Assembly: GCF_055900595.2 (NCBI RefSeq)
Contig: NZ_CM148325.1
Length of the DNA: 64,000 nucleotides
Reading direction: 5' to 3' (one strand)
Shown: in pieces, positions 13,063-23,518 of the stretch
How positions within the stretch are numbered: position 1 is the stretch's first letter
Layout: each line of letters begins with the position of its first letter
Program-made: the position numbers and the translations under genes
Notes under the pieces: model-generated
Databases searched by the model: none
What the model was told of the DNA's origin: nothing
The model's input: only the letters and a program-made list of their open reading frames with translations

Positions 13063-14316
13063 TTAGGCGTGCAGACGACGATGCAAACGCGTCCCGACCA
13101 GCAGAGCAATGACCAGCATCAGAGCAATAAATGCGCCGACGCCGTTCCAGCCATAGTTATGCCAGAAAACACCACCCAGCGTCCCGGCAATACTCGACCC
13201 CAGATAGTAACTGAACAGATACAGCGAGGAGGCCTGGCCTTTAGCGCGTTTTGCGCGGGGGCCGATCCAGCTGCTGGCAACGGAGTGGGCTGCGAAGAAT
13301 CCGGCTGAGAAGAGTAACATTCCGGCAAAGATTAGCCACAGCGAGCTGAATAAGGTCATCAGTAAACCAAACAGCATAACCCCCGTCGAAAACAACATCA
13401 CTGGACCGCGCCCATAGCGGGTGGTCATGGTTCCGGCTTTGGGTGAGCTCCATGTACCGGTCAAATAAGCCAGCGATAATAAGCCAACCACGGCCTGACT
13501 GACATGCCAGGGGGAAAGCATCAACCGATAGCCGATGTAATTAAACAGCGTGACGAACGACCCCATCAGCAAAAAGCCTTCTGCGAACAATAACGGCAAT
13601 CCCCGGTCACGCCAGTGCAGACGAAAGTTGATAAATAACGTCTTTGGTCGCAGGGAAGTCGGGCGAAAATGGCGTGATTCCGGGAGGATTTTCCAGAACA
13701 TCAACGCCGAGGCCAGCGCGAAACAGCCGATAGCCGCCAGAGCAATTCGCCAGTTGAAAAAGTCCGTGAAGACACCGCTAATTAAGCGTCCGCTCATGCC
13801 GCCAATTGAGTTGCCGCTGATATACAACCCCATCGAAAAGGCCACGAAACTGGGGTGGATTTCCTCGCTAAGATAAGTCATGCCAACAGCTGCCACGCCA
13901 CTTAACGAAAGCCCAATCAAGGCGCGCATAATCAAAATGCCGTGCCAGCTGGTCATCATTGTCGAAAGTAACGTACAAATGGAGGCCAACAGTAGCGCCG
14001 TGACCATCACTGGTTTGCGACCAATGGCATCGGATAGCGGGCCAGTAAACAGCAAACCGATAGCCAACATCGCCGTTGAAATGGACAGTGAAATACTACT
14101 GTTCGCAGGCGTTAAGCCAAACTCCTGCGAAAGCACCGGAAGGATAGGTTGCACACAATAGAGAAGTGCGAAGGTTGCCAGTCCGGCAGAGAAAAGCGCC
14201 AGGGTGACGCGCATAAATTGCGGCGTACCGCGTTTAATAAATTGATTTGGCTGAGAAATGCTTTGCTTGTCAGTGACGCTTGCCGGAGCGCCATCAACAG
14301 TTGTAGTACGGCTCAC
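13063..14316 (-). CDS. ynfM: MFS transporter YnfM
   Basis: 417-aa 12-TM-like ORF MSRTTTVDGAPASVTDKQSISQPNQFIKRG... Confidence 0.9.
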   Translation of the reverse strand: MSRTTTVDGAPASVTDKQSISQPNQFIKRGTPQFMRVTLALFSAGLATFALLYCVQPILPVLSQEFGLTPANSSISLSISTAMLAIGLLFTGPLSDAIGRKPVMVTALLLASICTLLSTMMTSWHGILIMRALIGLSLSGVAAVGMTYLSEEIHPSFVAFSMGLYISGNSIGGMSGRLISGVFTDFFNWRIALAAIGCFALASALMFWKILPESRHFRPTSLRPKTLFINFRLHWRDRGLPLLFAEGFLLMGSFVTLFNYIGYRLMLSPWHVSQAVVGLLSLAYLTGTWSSPKAGTMTTRYGRGPVMLFSTGVMLFGLLMTLFSSLWLIFAGMLLFSAGFFAAHSVASSWIGPRAKRAKGQASSLYLFSYYLGSSIAGTLGGVFWHNYGWNGVGAFIALMLVIALLVGTRLHRRLHA

Positions 14317-14422
14317 TTGAAATCCTTGCTAAATATGCCTGTGGATCAGGCTTATGAATAGATTAGGAAAATCGAATTGTTCTGTCTAATATATTAATAA
14401 TCTCAAATAAGATGTTTTAAAT

Positions 14423-15316
14423 ATGAATATTGAACTTCGTCATCTGCGTTACTTTGTTGCTGTTGCGGAAGAGCTGCATTTCGGGCGCGCCGCTGCCCGC
14501 CTGAATATTTCGCAACCACCGCTAAGTCAGCAGATTCAGGCGCTGGAGCAACAAATTGGTGCCCGACTGCTGGCACGGACCAATCGCAGTGTATTGCTGA
14601 CGGAAGCAGGAAAACAGTTTCTTGCAGATAGTCGGCAAATCCTGTCTATGGTGGATGACGCTGCCGCTCGCGCTGAAAGGCTGCATCAGGGCGAAGCGGG
14701 GGAGTTGCGCATTGGTTTTACTTCGTCCGCTCCTTTTATTCGGGCGGTGTCCGATACGTTATCGCTGTTTCGTCGTGATTATCCCGATGTCCATTTACAA
14801 ACCCGCGAAATGAACACTCGCGAGCAAATCGCTCCGCTCATTGAAGGAACGCTGGATATGGGATTGCTGCGTAACACAGCGTTACCGGAGACGCTTGAAC
14901 ACGCAGTCATCGTCCATGAACCGCTTATGGCGATGATCCCGCACGATCATCCCCTGGCAAATAACCCGAGTGTAACGCTGGCTGAACTGGCGAAAGAACC
15001 CTTTGTCTTTTTTGATCCGCACGTAGGGACAGGGCTGTATGACGATATTCTCGGGCTGATGAGACGTTACAATTTGACGCCCGTCATCACTCAGGAGGTG
15101 GGTGAGGCAATGACCATCATCGGTCTGGTTTCCGCTGGTCTGGGTGTTTCAATTTTGCCTGCGTCATTTAAACGTGTTCAGCTCAACGAAATGCGCTGGG
15201 TGCCGATTGCTGAAGAGGATGCGGTTTCTGAAATGTGGTTGGTCTGGCCGAAACACCATGAACAAAGTCCGGCTGCGCGTAACTTTCGTATTCATCTGCT
15301 GAATGCTCTCAGGTGA
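14423..15316 (+). CDS. ynfL: LysR-family transcriptional regulator YnfL
   Basis: 297-aa ORF MNIELRHLRYFVAVAEELHFGRAAARLNISQPPLSQQIQALE... (LysR HTH); divergent from ynfM. Confidence 0.9.
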   Translation: MNIELRHLRYFVAVAEELHFGRAAARLNISQPPLSQQIQALEQQIGARLLARTNRSVLLTEAGKQFLADSRQILSMVDDAAARAERLHQGEAGELRIGFTSSAPFIRAVSDTLSLFRRDYPDVHLQTREMNTREQIAPLIEGTLDMGLLRNTALPETLEHAVIVHEPLMAMIPHDHPLANNPSVTLAELAKEPFVFFDPHVGTGLYDDILGLMRRYNLTPVITQEVGEAMTIIGLVSAGLGVSILPASFKRVQLNEMRWVPIAEEDAVSEMWLVWPKHHEQSPAARNFRIHLLNALR

Positions 15317-15450
15317 GGGAAATTTCAGCGAAAAAGCCCGAAAAATGTGCTGTTAATCACATGCCTAAGTAAAAATTTGACGACACGTATTGAAGTGCTT
15401 CACCATAGCCTACAGATTATTTCGGAGCGCGAAAATATAGGGAGTATGCG

Positions 15451-16671
15451 GTGGTTGCTGAAAACCAGCCTGGGCACATTGATCAAATAAAGCAGACCAA
15501 CGCGGGCGCGGTTTATCGCCTGATTGATCAGCTTGGTCCAGTCTCGCGTATCGATCTTTCCCGTCTGGCGCAACTGGCTCCTGCCAGTATCACCAAAATT
15601 GTCCGTGAGATGCTCGAAGCACACCTGGTGCAAGAGCTGGAAATCAAAGAAGCGGGGAACCGTGGCCGTCCGGCGGTGGGGCTGGTGGTTGAAACTGAAG
15701 CCTGGCACTATCTTTCTCTGCGCATTAGTCGCGGGGAGATTTTCCTTGCTTTGCGCGATCTGAGCAGCAAACTGGTGGTGGAGGAGTCGCAGGAACTGGC
15801 GTTAAAAGATGACTCGCCATTGTTGGATCGTATCATTTCCCATATCGATCAGTTTTTTATCCGCCATCAGAAAAAACTTGAGCGTCTGACTTCGATTGCC
15901 ATTACCTTGCCGGGAATTATTGATACGGAAAATGGTATTGTACATCGCATGCCGTTCTACGAGGATGTAAAAGAGATGCCGCTCGGCGAGGCGCTGGAGC
16001 AGCATACCGGCGTACCGGTTTATATTCAGCATGATATCAGCGCATGGACGATGGCTGAGGCCTTGTTTGGTGCCTCACGCGGGGCGCGCGATGTGATTCA
16101 GGTGGTTATCGATCACAACGTGGGGGCGGGCGTCATTACCGATGGTCATCTGCTACACGCAGGCAGCAGTAGCCTCGTGGAGATTGGTCACACGCAGGTC
16201 GACCCATATGGGAAACGCTGTTATTGCGGGAATCACGGCTGCCTCGAAACCATTGCCAGTGTGGACAGTATTCTTGAGTTGGCACAGCTGCGTCTCAATC
16301 AATCCATGAGCTCGATGTTACATGGACAGCCGTTAACCGTGGACTCATTGTGTCAGGCGGCATTGCGCGGCGATCTGCTGGCAAAAGACATCATTACCGG
16401 GGTGGGCGCGCATGTCGGGCGCATTCTTGCCATCATGGTGAATTTATTTAACCCACAAAAAATACTGATTGGCTCACCGTTAAGTAAAGCGGCAGATATC
16501 CTCTTCCCGGTCATCTCGGACAGCATCCGTCAGCAGGCCCTTCCTGCGTATAGTCAGCACATTAGTGTTGAGAGTACTCAATTTTCTAACCAGGGTACGA
16601 TGGCAGGGGCTGCGCTGGTAAAAGACGCGATGTATAACGGTTCTTTGTTGATTCGTCTGTTGCAGGGTTAA
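15451..16671 (+). CDS. mlc: ROK-family global regulator Mlc (DgsA)
   Basis: 406-aa ORF, GTG start, (M)VAENQPGHIDQIKQTNAGAVYRLIDQLGPVSRIDLSRLAQ...; ROK zinc motif CYCGNHGCLE. Confidence 0.9.
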   Translation: MVAENQPGHIDQIKQTNAGAVYRLIDQLGPVSRIDLSRLAQLAPASITKIVREMLEAHLVQELEIKEAGNRGRPAVGLVVETEAWHYLSLRISRGEIFLALRDLSSKLVVEESQELALKDDSPLLDRIISHIDQFFIRHQKKLERLTSIAITLPGIIDTENGIVHRMPFYEDVKEMPLGEALEQHTGVPVYIQHDISAWTMAEALFGASRGARDVIQVVIDHNVGAGVITDGHLLHAGSSSLVEIGHTQVDPYGKRCYCGNHGCLETIASVDSILELAQLRLNQSMSSMLHGQPLTVDSLCQAALRGDLLAKDIITGVGAHVGRILAIMVNLFNPQKILIGSPLSKAADILFPVISDSIRQQALPAYSQHISVESTQFSNQGTMAGAALVKDAMYNGSLLIRLLQG

Positions 16672-16795
16672 CATTTTTTAACTGTTCTACCAAAATTTGC
16701 GCTATCTCAATTTGGGCCAGGAAAGCATAACTTAGACTTTCAAGGTTAATTATTTTCCTGGTTTATATTTGTGAAGCATAACGGTGGAGTTAGTG

Positions 16796-17491
16796 ATGCT
16801 GAAGCGTTTCTTTATTACCGGTACAGACACTTCTGTAGGGAAAACGGTGGTTTCCCGCGCATTGCTACAAGCGTTAGCCTCCCAGGGAAAAACGGTTGCG
16901 GGATATAAACCCGTAGCGAAGGGGAGCAAAGAGACACCCGAAGGGCTGCGTAATAAAGATGCCCTGGTGTTGCAGAGTGTTTCAACCATCGAACTGCCTT
17001 ATGAAGCAGTTAATCCTATCGCGTTAAGCGAAGAAGAAAGTAGCGTGGCGCACAGTTGCCCAATCAATTACACCCTCATTTCAAACGGCCTGGCAAACCT
17101 GACCGATAAAGTCGATCATGTCGTGGTAGAAGGGACTGGCGGCTGGCGCAGTCTGATGAATGATTTACGTCCGCTCTCTGAATGGGTGGTGCAGGAACAA
17201 CTGCCGGTGTTGATGGTTGTCGGTATTCAGGAAGGTTGCATTAACCATGCACTGCTGACAGCTCAGGCGATTGCCAACGACGGGCTGCCGCTCATTGGCT
17301 GGGTGGCTAACCGAATCAACCCAGGACTGGCGCATTATGCGGAAATCATTGATGTGCTGGGTAAAAAACTTCCAGCACCGCTCATTGGTGAACTGCCTTA
17401 TTTACCGCGCGCCGAACAGCGTGAACTGGGGCAATACATTCGCCTATCCATGCTGCGCAGTGTGCTGTCGGTAGATAGAGTCACGGTGTAA
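16796..17491 (+). CDS. ynfK: Dethiobiotin synthetase paralog YnfK (BioD2)
   Basis: [30 protein letters not shown]... with P-loop GTDTSVGKT; ATG at 16796 preferred (RBS GGTGGAG) over upstream GTG at 16784. Confidence 0.85.
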   Translation: MLKRFFITGTDTSVGKTVVSRALLQALASQGKTVAGYKPVAKGSKETPEGLRNKDALVLQSVSTIELPYEAVNPIALSEEESSVAHSCPINYTLISNGLANLTDKVDHVVVEGTGGWRSLMNDLRPLSEWVVQEQLPVLMVVGIQEGCINHALLTAQAIANDGLPLIGWVANRINPGLAHYAEIIDVLGKKLPAPLIGELPYLPRAEQRELGQYIRLSMLRSVLSVDRVTV

Positions 17492-18700
17492 CGTCCGCGA
17501 AATTACCGACGCAATTACGCAGGCAATCAATAAACCGGGGAGTAGCTGATACTCCCCGGTCATTTCACATATCATCAACGTCGACATAATCGGCGCGTGC
17601 GTGGTCGCCGCCAACAGTGTCGCCATCCCGGTTAATCCGAGTAAGAGTGTCATTTCTTCGCCGTCAGGAAACCATAACCCCAGGCTACGTCCATACAACA
17701 TGCCAATGGCAAGACCGATAAAGAGTGTTGGTGTAAACACACCACCAGGCGCGCCGGAACCGCTACTCGCCAGAACGGCAAACAGTTTGCAAAGGAAGAT
17801 CCCGGCAATGATCATAAACAGTGGCGGGGCGGTTAAAAAGGATTGTACGGTGCTATAGCCGTTGCCCCACACGGCAGGGGTGAACAGGGAAAGCAGACCC
17901 ACGATCAACCCGCCGAGTGCCAGTTGCCAGGGGGGCGCAAGTTTGAGAATAACAAATCCTCGATGACTGGCGTTCATTAACGTTAACAACACTGGTCCGC
18001 ATAGACCTGCCAGCACACCAGTACTGATAATCAGCGCATAGTCACGAGCTTGAACCGTCACTGAGAGTTGCACGCTGTAGAGTAATGCATCGCTATGATT
18101 AATCAGATTGCTAATCAGCAACGCCACGACAGCAGAAATAACCACCGGTCCGAGAGAGGCCAACATCATAGTGCCAAACAGCACTTCGGCTATAAATAAA
18201 CTGCCAGCAAGCGGGGCGCGGTAAGCCGCAGCCATTCCCGCCGCAGCTCCACAGGCAATCCATAATTTCCACTCCTGGCGTGGCGTAAAACGCTGAGCAA
18301 AACAGGAGGCGGCAAGGGCAGCTAAAAGAATCATCGCACCTTCGCGACCAATTGCGCTGCCGCTAGTTACTACCAGCAGAGAGGCAAGCGATTTAACCAG
18401 GCTTGCTGCGTAATCGAATTTACCATCGGTTTGCAACGCTTCCATGTAATCGGTCGGCGCATGAGGGCGTTGCTGGGTAAATTTCTGCCAGCCCATCAAC
18501 AACAAACCCGCCGCCAGTCCGCCGAGCGCCGGAGTTAGCAGCCGTCGCCACGGAGAAAGATTCGTCGCTGCATTGACCAGACTGCCGGAGTCATTATTGA
18601 GGAACAGCCATTCCAGTAGCAGCATCGCGTGACGAAACGCGGCAACGGCAAAGGCCGCAAGAATACCGACTATTGTTGCGATAAGCAGACGGCGAAACAT
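17444..18700 (-). CDS. clcB: Voltage-gated ClC-type chloride channel ClcB
   Basis: Membrane [34 protein letters not shown]... with GREGA motif; start taken at the internal ATG matching the ClcB N-terminus; 3' end overlaps ynfK convergently. Confidence 0.85.
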   Translation of the reverse strand: MFRRLLIATIVGILAAFAVAAFRHAMLLLEWLFLNNDSGSLVNAATNLSPWRRLLTPALGGLAAGLLLMGWQKFTQQRPHAPTDYMEALQTDGKFDYAASLVKSLASLLVVTSGSAIGREGAMILLAALAASCFAQRFTPRQEWKLWIACGAAAGMAAAYRAPLAGSLFIAEVLFGTMMLASLGPVVISAVVALLISNLINHSDALLYSVQLSVTVQARDYALIISTGVLAGLCGPVLLTLMNASHRGFVILKLAPPWQLALGGLIVGLLSLFTPAVWGNGYSTVQSFLTAPPLFMIIAGIFLCKLFAVLASSGSGAPGGVFTPTLFIGLAIGMLYGRSLGLWFPDGEEMTLLLGLTGMATLLAATTHAPIMSTLMICEMTGEYQLLPGLLIACVIASVISRTLHRDSIYRQHTAQHG

Positions 18701-18893
18701 AGTACGCAGATCCGGATAGCTGTGTAGATGGTGCATGAGCAGAAATGGACAATGAAACACGAGCGACTATTTTGCGGCAAAACAGGTTATCGGCAAAAGC
18801 AGTGCGTGCTTAAAGCGATAAAATACGTGACGTTGTAACGTATTATTGCCGAATAACGCGTGATTGTCGCCATCCGGCAATATTGCGGCAACT

Positions 18894-19508
18894 TTATCGA
18901 AACAGTGGTTTAACCGCGACAGGAATCAACAGTTGTGATTGCCATTGCGCCAGCGTTAAGCGAGCCAGTTCACCCAGCGCACGGTAGAAAGGGTGTTCTG
19001 CTTTTTCGATAAAAACGTCGAGAAAACGTGTTGACCACGGAAAAAGATGCCATGCCAGCAATTCTTCGCATTCTGTCTGGCGACCATTCTCCGCCAACCA
19101 TGCAACCATCAACAGCAGTGAGCCAAAATGATCTTCCGGTTCATTTTGCTTCATCTCAAACTGAATGCCTTTCTCGCGCATCCACTGACGAAGTGCCAAT
19201 GTTGAATCGCCAAACAGCACAGATTCGCGATCCAGCCAGACAGATCCCCATGGAGGAGACGGCAGAGCCCACGGGCCGACAAATAGACGCTGCCAGGCCT
19301 GGGTTCGAGTCTCTTCACTCTGTGTTTGAAACGCCGTCACCAGCGGTGTTAATGATGCTTCTGGTAGCGGCCACTGGTTTTCCCAGCCGTCGCTGGTGAG
19401 TACCGTAACCAGAGGGGCGGCTTCCGTACTCTCTGGGGCGTAATAAAACAGTGCGCCCAACACGCGCGCCGCGACAGAAAAATTATCTTGCTGTGAAAAA
19501 TGGGTCAT
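18894..19508 (-). CDS. dmsD: Tat proofreading chaperone DmsD
   Basis: ORF MTHFSQQDNFSVAARVLGALFYYAPESTEAAPLV... (TorD/DmsD family). Confidence 0.85.
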   Translation of the reverse strand: MTHFSQQDNFSVAARVLGALFYYAPESTEAAPLVTVLTSDGWENQWPLPEASLTPLVTAFQTQSEETRTQAWQRLFVGPWALPSPPWGSVWLDRESVLFGDSTLALRQWMREKGIQFEMKQNEPEDHFGSLLLMVAWLAENGRQTECEELLAWHLFPWSTRFLDVFIEKAEHPFYRALGELARLTLAQWQSQLLIPVAVKPLFR

Positions 19509-19550
19509 TCCTAACATCCTGAAATGTGCGGGTTGCCCCGCACCAATTTG

Positions 19551-20405
19551 TTAACCTGCAATAGCCATTCCTACCGTCATGTGCAGGCCATAAAAGAGCA
19601 CACGCCCGATCATCTCACCGCCAAGTATGAGGATTAGCCCCAGAATAAGTCCGGCAACGTGAGGTTCACGGCGACGAATGAGCGGACAAAGCCAGCATCC
19701 TAGACCTGTGCATAACAATACCACACGCCAGACCTGTAAGGAGGCGTAATCTGGTACCAGTGTGCTGGCTTGTTGTACGGATGAGTGAATAGACGCCAGA
19801 GACAAACCTTGCAGCACAATCACCCCGGCACAAGCGATCAGCGCCAGAACGCTAATGATGGCAAATGGTGTGGTATTAAATGTACCGCGGGCTGCCCGCA
19901 GAATTGCGGCAGCAAGTATTGGACCGCTCAATAATACTGTCAGGAAGAAAGCCAGCGTAGTGTAACCGTTATGCCAGGTTGGCACAGTGTCGATTTGATA
20001 CACGCCGGTCATCATCCAGACGAAAATGACGCCGAGCGCCATGCTGACAAGTAACCAGAGTTTCCCCAACGCTTGCGGCATTTTACCGATGACCGCCACC
20101 AGCCACCATAATCCGCCAACGGCAAAAAATATTGAACCGGCAGCAATCTCGTTACTCAGACCAGAAGCACCGATTCGATTCAGCGAGTTAAACGCCCGCA
20201 GTGGCGATCCCAGGTGCATGACAGAGGCAATAAACCCGATGCCCATCAACAGCCAGAGGAAAAACATGCCACGAACAATGTGCTGACGGTCTGCGTCATT
20301 TTTGGCGGCGAACCAGCCAATTCCGCTAACAATCAGCGCGCCTACTACGCATTGACCCAATACGGTAAAGATAACCAGTGGCCATTCATGCCATCCATTT
20401 CCCAT
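19551..20405 (-). CDS. ynfH: DMSO-reductase-type membrane anchor subunit YnfH (DmsC paralog)
   Basis: 284-aa polytopic ORF MGNGWHEWPLVIFTVLGQCVVGALIV... Confidence 0.9.
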   Translation of the reverse strand: MGNGWHEWPLVIFTVLGQCVVGALIVSGIGWFAAKNDADRQHIVRGMFFLWLLMGIGFIASVMHLGSPLRAFNSLNRIGASGLSNEIAAGSIFFAVGGLWWLVAVIGKMPQALGKLWLLVSMALGVIFVWMMTGVYQIDTVPTWHNGYTTLAFFLTVLLSGPILAAAILRAARGTFNTTPFAIISVLALIACAGVIVLQGLSLASIHSSVQQASTLVPDYASLQVWRVVLLCTGLGCWLCPLIRRREPHVAGLILGLILILGGEMIGRVLFYGLHMTVGMAIAG

Positions 20406-20406
20406 T

Positions 20407-21024
20407 TTACACTTCCTCCGGATTAGCCAGATAACCAGTGGTATCGCCGGTCGGGCGGCTGTTGGCGTTAGGTTTGATTACGATATTAGGTTTTGTGAAA
20501 TGCGCGCGCGGCAGTGGCGCGACGGCAGCCAGAGTACCGTGTTTCTGGCGCAGCTCTTCAATTGGACCGAACTCAAGTGCACGCAGCGGGCAGGATTCGA
20601 CACAGATGGGTTGTTTCCCTTCGGCGACGCGCGAATAACAACCATCGCACTTCGTCATGTGTCCTTTTTCAGCATTGTACTGTGGCGCGCCGTACGGACA
20701 AGCCATGTGGCAGTAGCGGCAGCCGATACAAACATCTTCATCAACCACCACAAAGCCATCTTCACGCTTATGCATTGCGCCGCTGGGGCAGACTTTTGTA
20801 CATGCGGGGTCATCGCAATGGTTACAGGAGATGGAGAGATAATAAGCGAACACGTTCTGGTGCCAGACGCCATTATCTTCCTGCCAGTCGCCGCCAGCAT
20901 ATTCATAAACACGGCGGAAACTGACTTCCGGGCCAAGATCTTTAAAATCTTTGCACGCCAGTTCGCAGGTTTTACAGCCTGTACAGCGGCTGGAATCGAT
21001 AAAAAATCCATATTGTGTGGTCAT
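20407..21024 (-). CDS. ynfG: 4Fe-4S electron-transfer subunit YnfG (DmsB paralog)
   Basis: 205-aa ORF with four CxxCxxCxxxCP ferredoxin motifs. Confidence 0.9.
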   Translation of the reverse strand: MTTQYGFFIDSSRCTGCKTCELACKDFKDLGPEVSFRRVYEYAGGDWQEDNGVWHQNVFAYYLSISCNHCDDPACTKVCPSGAMHKREDGFVVVDEDVCIGCRYCHMACPYGAPQYNAEKGHMTKCDGCYSRVAEGKQPICVESCPLRALEFGPIEELRQKHGTLAAVAPLPRAHFTKPNIVIKPNANSRPTGDTTGYLANPEEV

Positions 21025-21034
21025 GGGCTACTCC

Positions 21035-23458
21035 TTAAACCTTTTCGATCTGGACGAGATTGCTGTGCGACGGGTTTCCCTTTGCCAGCGGTGAAGGGCG
21101 GTGAGAGGTCAGAATATTGATGCTGCCACCGTGATCGACCCGGTCACCAAACATATCCGCTTTAAGCCACGCACCTTGCCCGATGGCGGTAACGCCAGGC
21201 AGAATACGCGGAGTCACTTTTGCGACAATGCGCATTTCTCCATTATTGTTAAATACCCGCACTGTATCGCCATGACGGATACCACGTGCCTGAGCATCAA
21301 TGGGGTTGATCCACACCTCTTGTGGGCAGGCCTGCTGTAACACATCAATATTGCCGTAGCTGGAGTGGGTACGCGCTTTGTAGTGGAAGCCCGTTAGCTG
21401 CAGTGGATAGGTTTTCCGCAGGGGATCGTCCCAGCCATCAAAACCTGGGGTATACGCAGGAAGGGGATGAATAATTTCATCTTTTTTCAATTCCCAGGTA
21501 TCCGCAATCGTCGCCAGTCGTTCAGAATAAATTTCGATTTTTCCCGAAGGTGTTTTCAACGGGTTTGCCTGTGGATCTTCACGGAATGCGCGGAAAGCGA
21601 CGTAATGTTCTTCCGGGCATTTTTTCTTAAAGATCCCGGTCGTTTTCATCTCCTCGTAGTCCGGCATCTCAGGGTTACGTTCCTTCGTTTTCGCATGGAG
21701 ATATTTGATCCATTCATGCTGGCTGCGACCTTCAGTAAAAGTTTGATAAACGTCTGGTCCTAAGCGTTTCGCGACTTCACTCAGCATCCAGTAGATGGGT
21801 TTGCGTTCAAATTTTGCCGAGGTGGCGGGTTGGGCGAGGATCACATAGCCCATATTCCCTGCAGATTCATGAGAGATAAGGTCTTCTTGCTCTGTTGGCA
21901 TCAGGTCGGGCAACAGGATATCGCAATACTTAGCCGAGGCCGTCATGAAGTGGTCAATGCCAACAATCATCTCGCACTTGCTGTCATCCTGAAGCACATC
22001 ATGGGTGTGATTGATGTCGCCATGTTGATTGATCAATGTGTTACTGGCGTAGCACCATAAAAACTTGATGGGGACATCCAGTTTTTCTTTTCCACGAATA
22101 CCATCACGGGTCGCGGTCATTTCCGTACCGTGGTCGATGGCATCTGTCCATGTAAAGACGGAAATCTGCGTTTTAACGGGATTATCAAGCATCGGGAACC
22201 ATTCGACCCCCAGATCCCAGCTACCTTCGCGTACACCTGAGTTGCCGCCGTTTATGCCGACGTTACCGGTGAGAACGGAAAGCATGGCAATAGCGCGGGA
22301 CGTTTGCTCACCGTTGGAGTGTCGTTGTGGCCCCCAACCCTGACAAATATAAGCAGGTTTTGCTGAACCGATCTCTCGTGCCAACTGGATAATTTTTTCT
22401 GCCGGGATGCTGGTGATTTTTGCTGCCCATTCCGGCGTTTTAGCAATGCCGTCAGGCCCTTCGCCCAGAATATAGGCTTTATAATGCGCGTTACGTGGTG
22501 CGCTGGGGGGCAGCGTTTTTTCATCGTAACCAACACAATATTTGTCGAGAAATGGCTGATCGACCATGTTTTCCGTAATTAGTACCCAGGCAATCGCACA
22601 GGCCAGTGCGCCATCGGTGCCAGGGCGAATGGGTAGCCATTCATCTTCACGCCCGGCAGCTGTGTCGTTATAACGTGGATCAATGACGATCATGCGTGCG
22701 TTTGAACGTTCGCGGGCTTGCTCGACGTAGTAAGTGACACCACCGCCGCTCATCCGCGTTTCTGCCGGGTTATTTCCGAACATAACGACCAGCTTCGTAT
22801 TGGCGATATCATCCGGGCTGTTGCCATCATTGGCACCGAACATATAACTCATTGCGGCACTGATCTGTGCGGTACTGTAGCTGCCATAGCGACTGAGAAA
22901 ACCACCACAAGAGTTCATCAGACGGTACGGGACGTTTGAGTTGGTGATGTTTCCGCCATCTACGCCTGTTCCGTACAGGACATGTACAGCCTCATTTCCG
23001 TAATCTTTTAGGATCCGCCGAAGATTATCACTGATGGTATCCAGGGCTTCGTCCCAACTTATCCGTTCAAATTTACCTTCACCGCGCTTGCCGACGCGCT
23101 TCATGGGATATTTCAGCCGATCAGGATGATTCATCCGTCGGCGGATAGAGCGCCCGCGTAAACAGGCCCGAACCTGATGATTACCGTAAACGTCGTCACC
23201 TGTCGTATCAGACTCCACCCAGTACACAGTGTCATCTTTCACATGCAAACGTAACAGACAGCGGCTCCCGCAGTTAACGGTGCAGGAACTCCAGACCGCT
23301 TTCTCTTCTACCGGAGCCTCTGCCGCTCGGACCATTTGGGAAAATGGCAGAGTGAAAGCACTGCTTGCCAGCGCGAGACTGCCAAGTGCGGAGGTTTTCA
23401 TCAGACTTCTACGGCTGATTTCAGCCTTCATGAGCGCCTCTGTGGTATGGATTTTCAT
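21035..23458 (-). CDS. ynfF: Molybdopterin oxidoreductase catalytic subunit YnfF (DmsA paralog)
   Basis: ORF MKIHTTEALMKAEISRRSLMKTSALGSLALASSAFTLPF... with Tat twin-arginine signal and N-terminal Cys cluster CTVNCGSRC. Confidence 0.9.
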   Translation of the reverse strand: MKIHTTEALMKAEISRRSLMKTSALGSLALASSAFTLPFSQMVRAAEAPVEEKAVWSSCTVNCGSRCLLRLHVKDDTVYWVESDTTGDDVYGNHQVRACLRGRSIRRRMNHPDRLKYPMKRVGKRGEGKFERISWDEALDTISDNLRRILKDYGNEAVHVLYGTGVDGGNITNSNVPYRLMNSCGGFLSRYGSYSTAQISAAMSYMFGANDGNSPDDIANTKLVVMFGNNPAETRMSGGGVTYYVEQARERSNARMIVIDPRYNDTAAGREDEWLPIRPGTDGALACAIAWVLITENMVDQPFLDKYCVGYDEKTLPPSAPRNAHYKAYILGEGPDGIAKTPEWAAKITSIPAEKIIQLAREIGSAKPAYICQGWGPQRHSNGEQTSRAIAMLSVLTGNVGINGGNSGVREGSWDLGVEWFPMLDNPVKTQISVFTWTDAIDHGTEMTATRDGIRGKEKLDVPIKFLWCYASNTLINQHGDINHTHDVLQDDSKCEMIVGIDHFMTASAKYCDILLPDLMPTEQEDLISHESAGNMGYVILAQPATSAKFERKPIYWMLSEVAKRLGPDVYQTFTEGRSQHEWIKYLHAKTKERNPEMPDYEEMKTTGIFKKKCPEEHYVAFRAFREDPQANPLKTPSGKIEIYSERLATIADTWELKKDEIIHPLPAYTPGFDGWDDPLRKTYPLQLTGFHYKARTHSSYGNIDVLQQACPQEVWINPIDAQARGIRHGDTVRVFNNNGEMRIVAKVTPRILPGVTAIGQGAWLKADMFGDRVDHGGSINILTSHRPSPLAKGNPSHSNLVQIEKV

Positions 23459-23518
23459 CATTACTCACTTATTGCTTTTCAAACAAAATGTCATGTCAAA
23501 ATTTATGGTCGTAGTGGG

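Noticed and set aside
20500-21120. 206-aa plus-strand ORF spanning the ynfG/ynfF junction
   Set aside because: Antisense to two Fe-S/molybdoenzyme genes; Arg/Cys-rich reverse-frame artefact.
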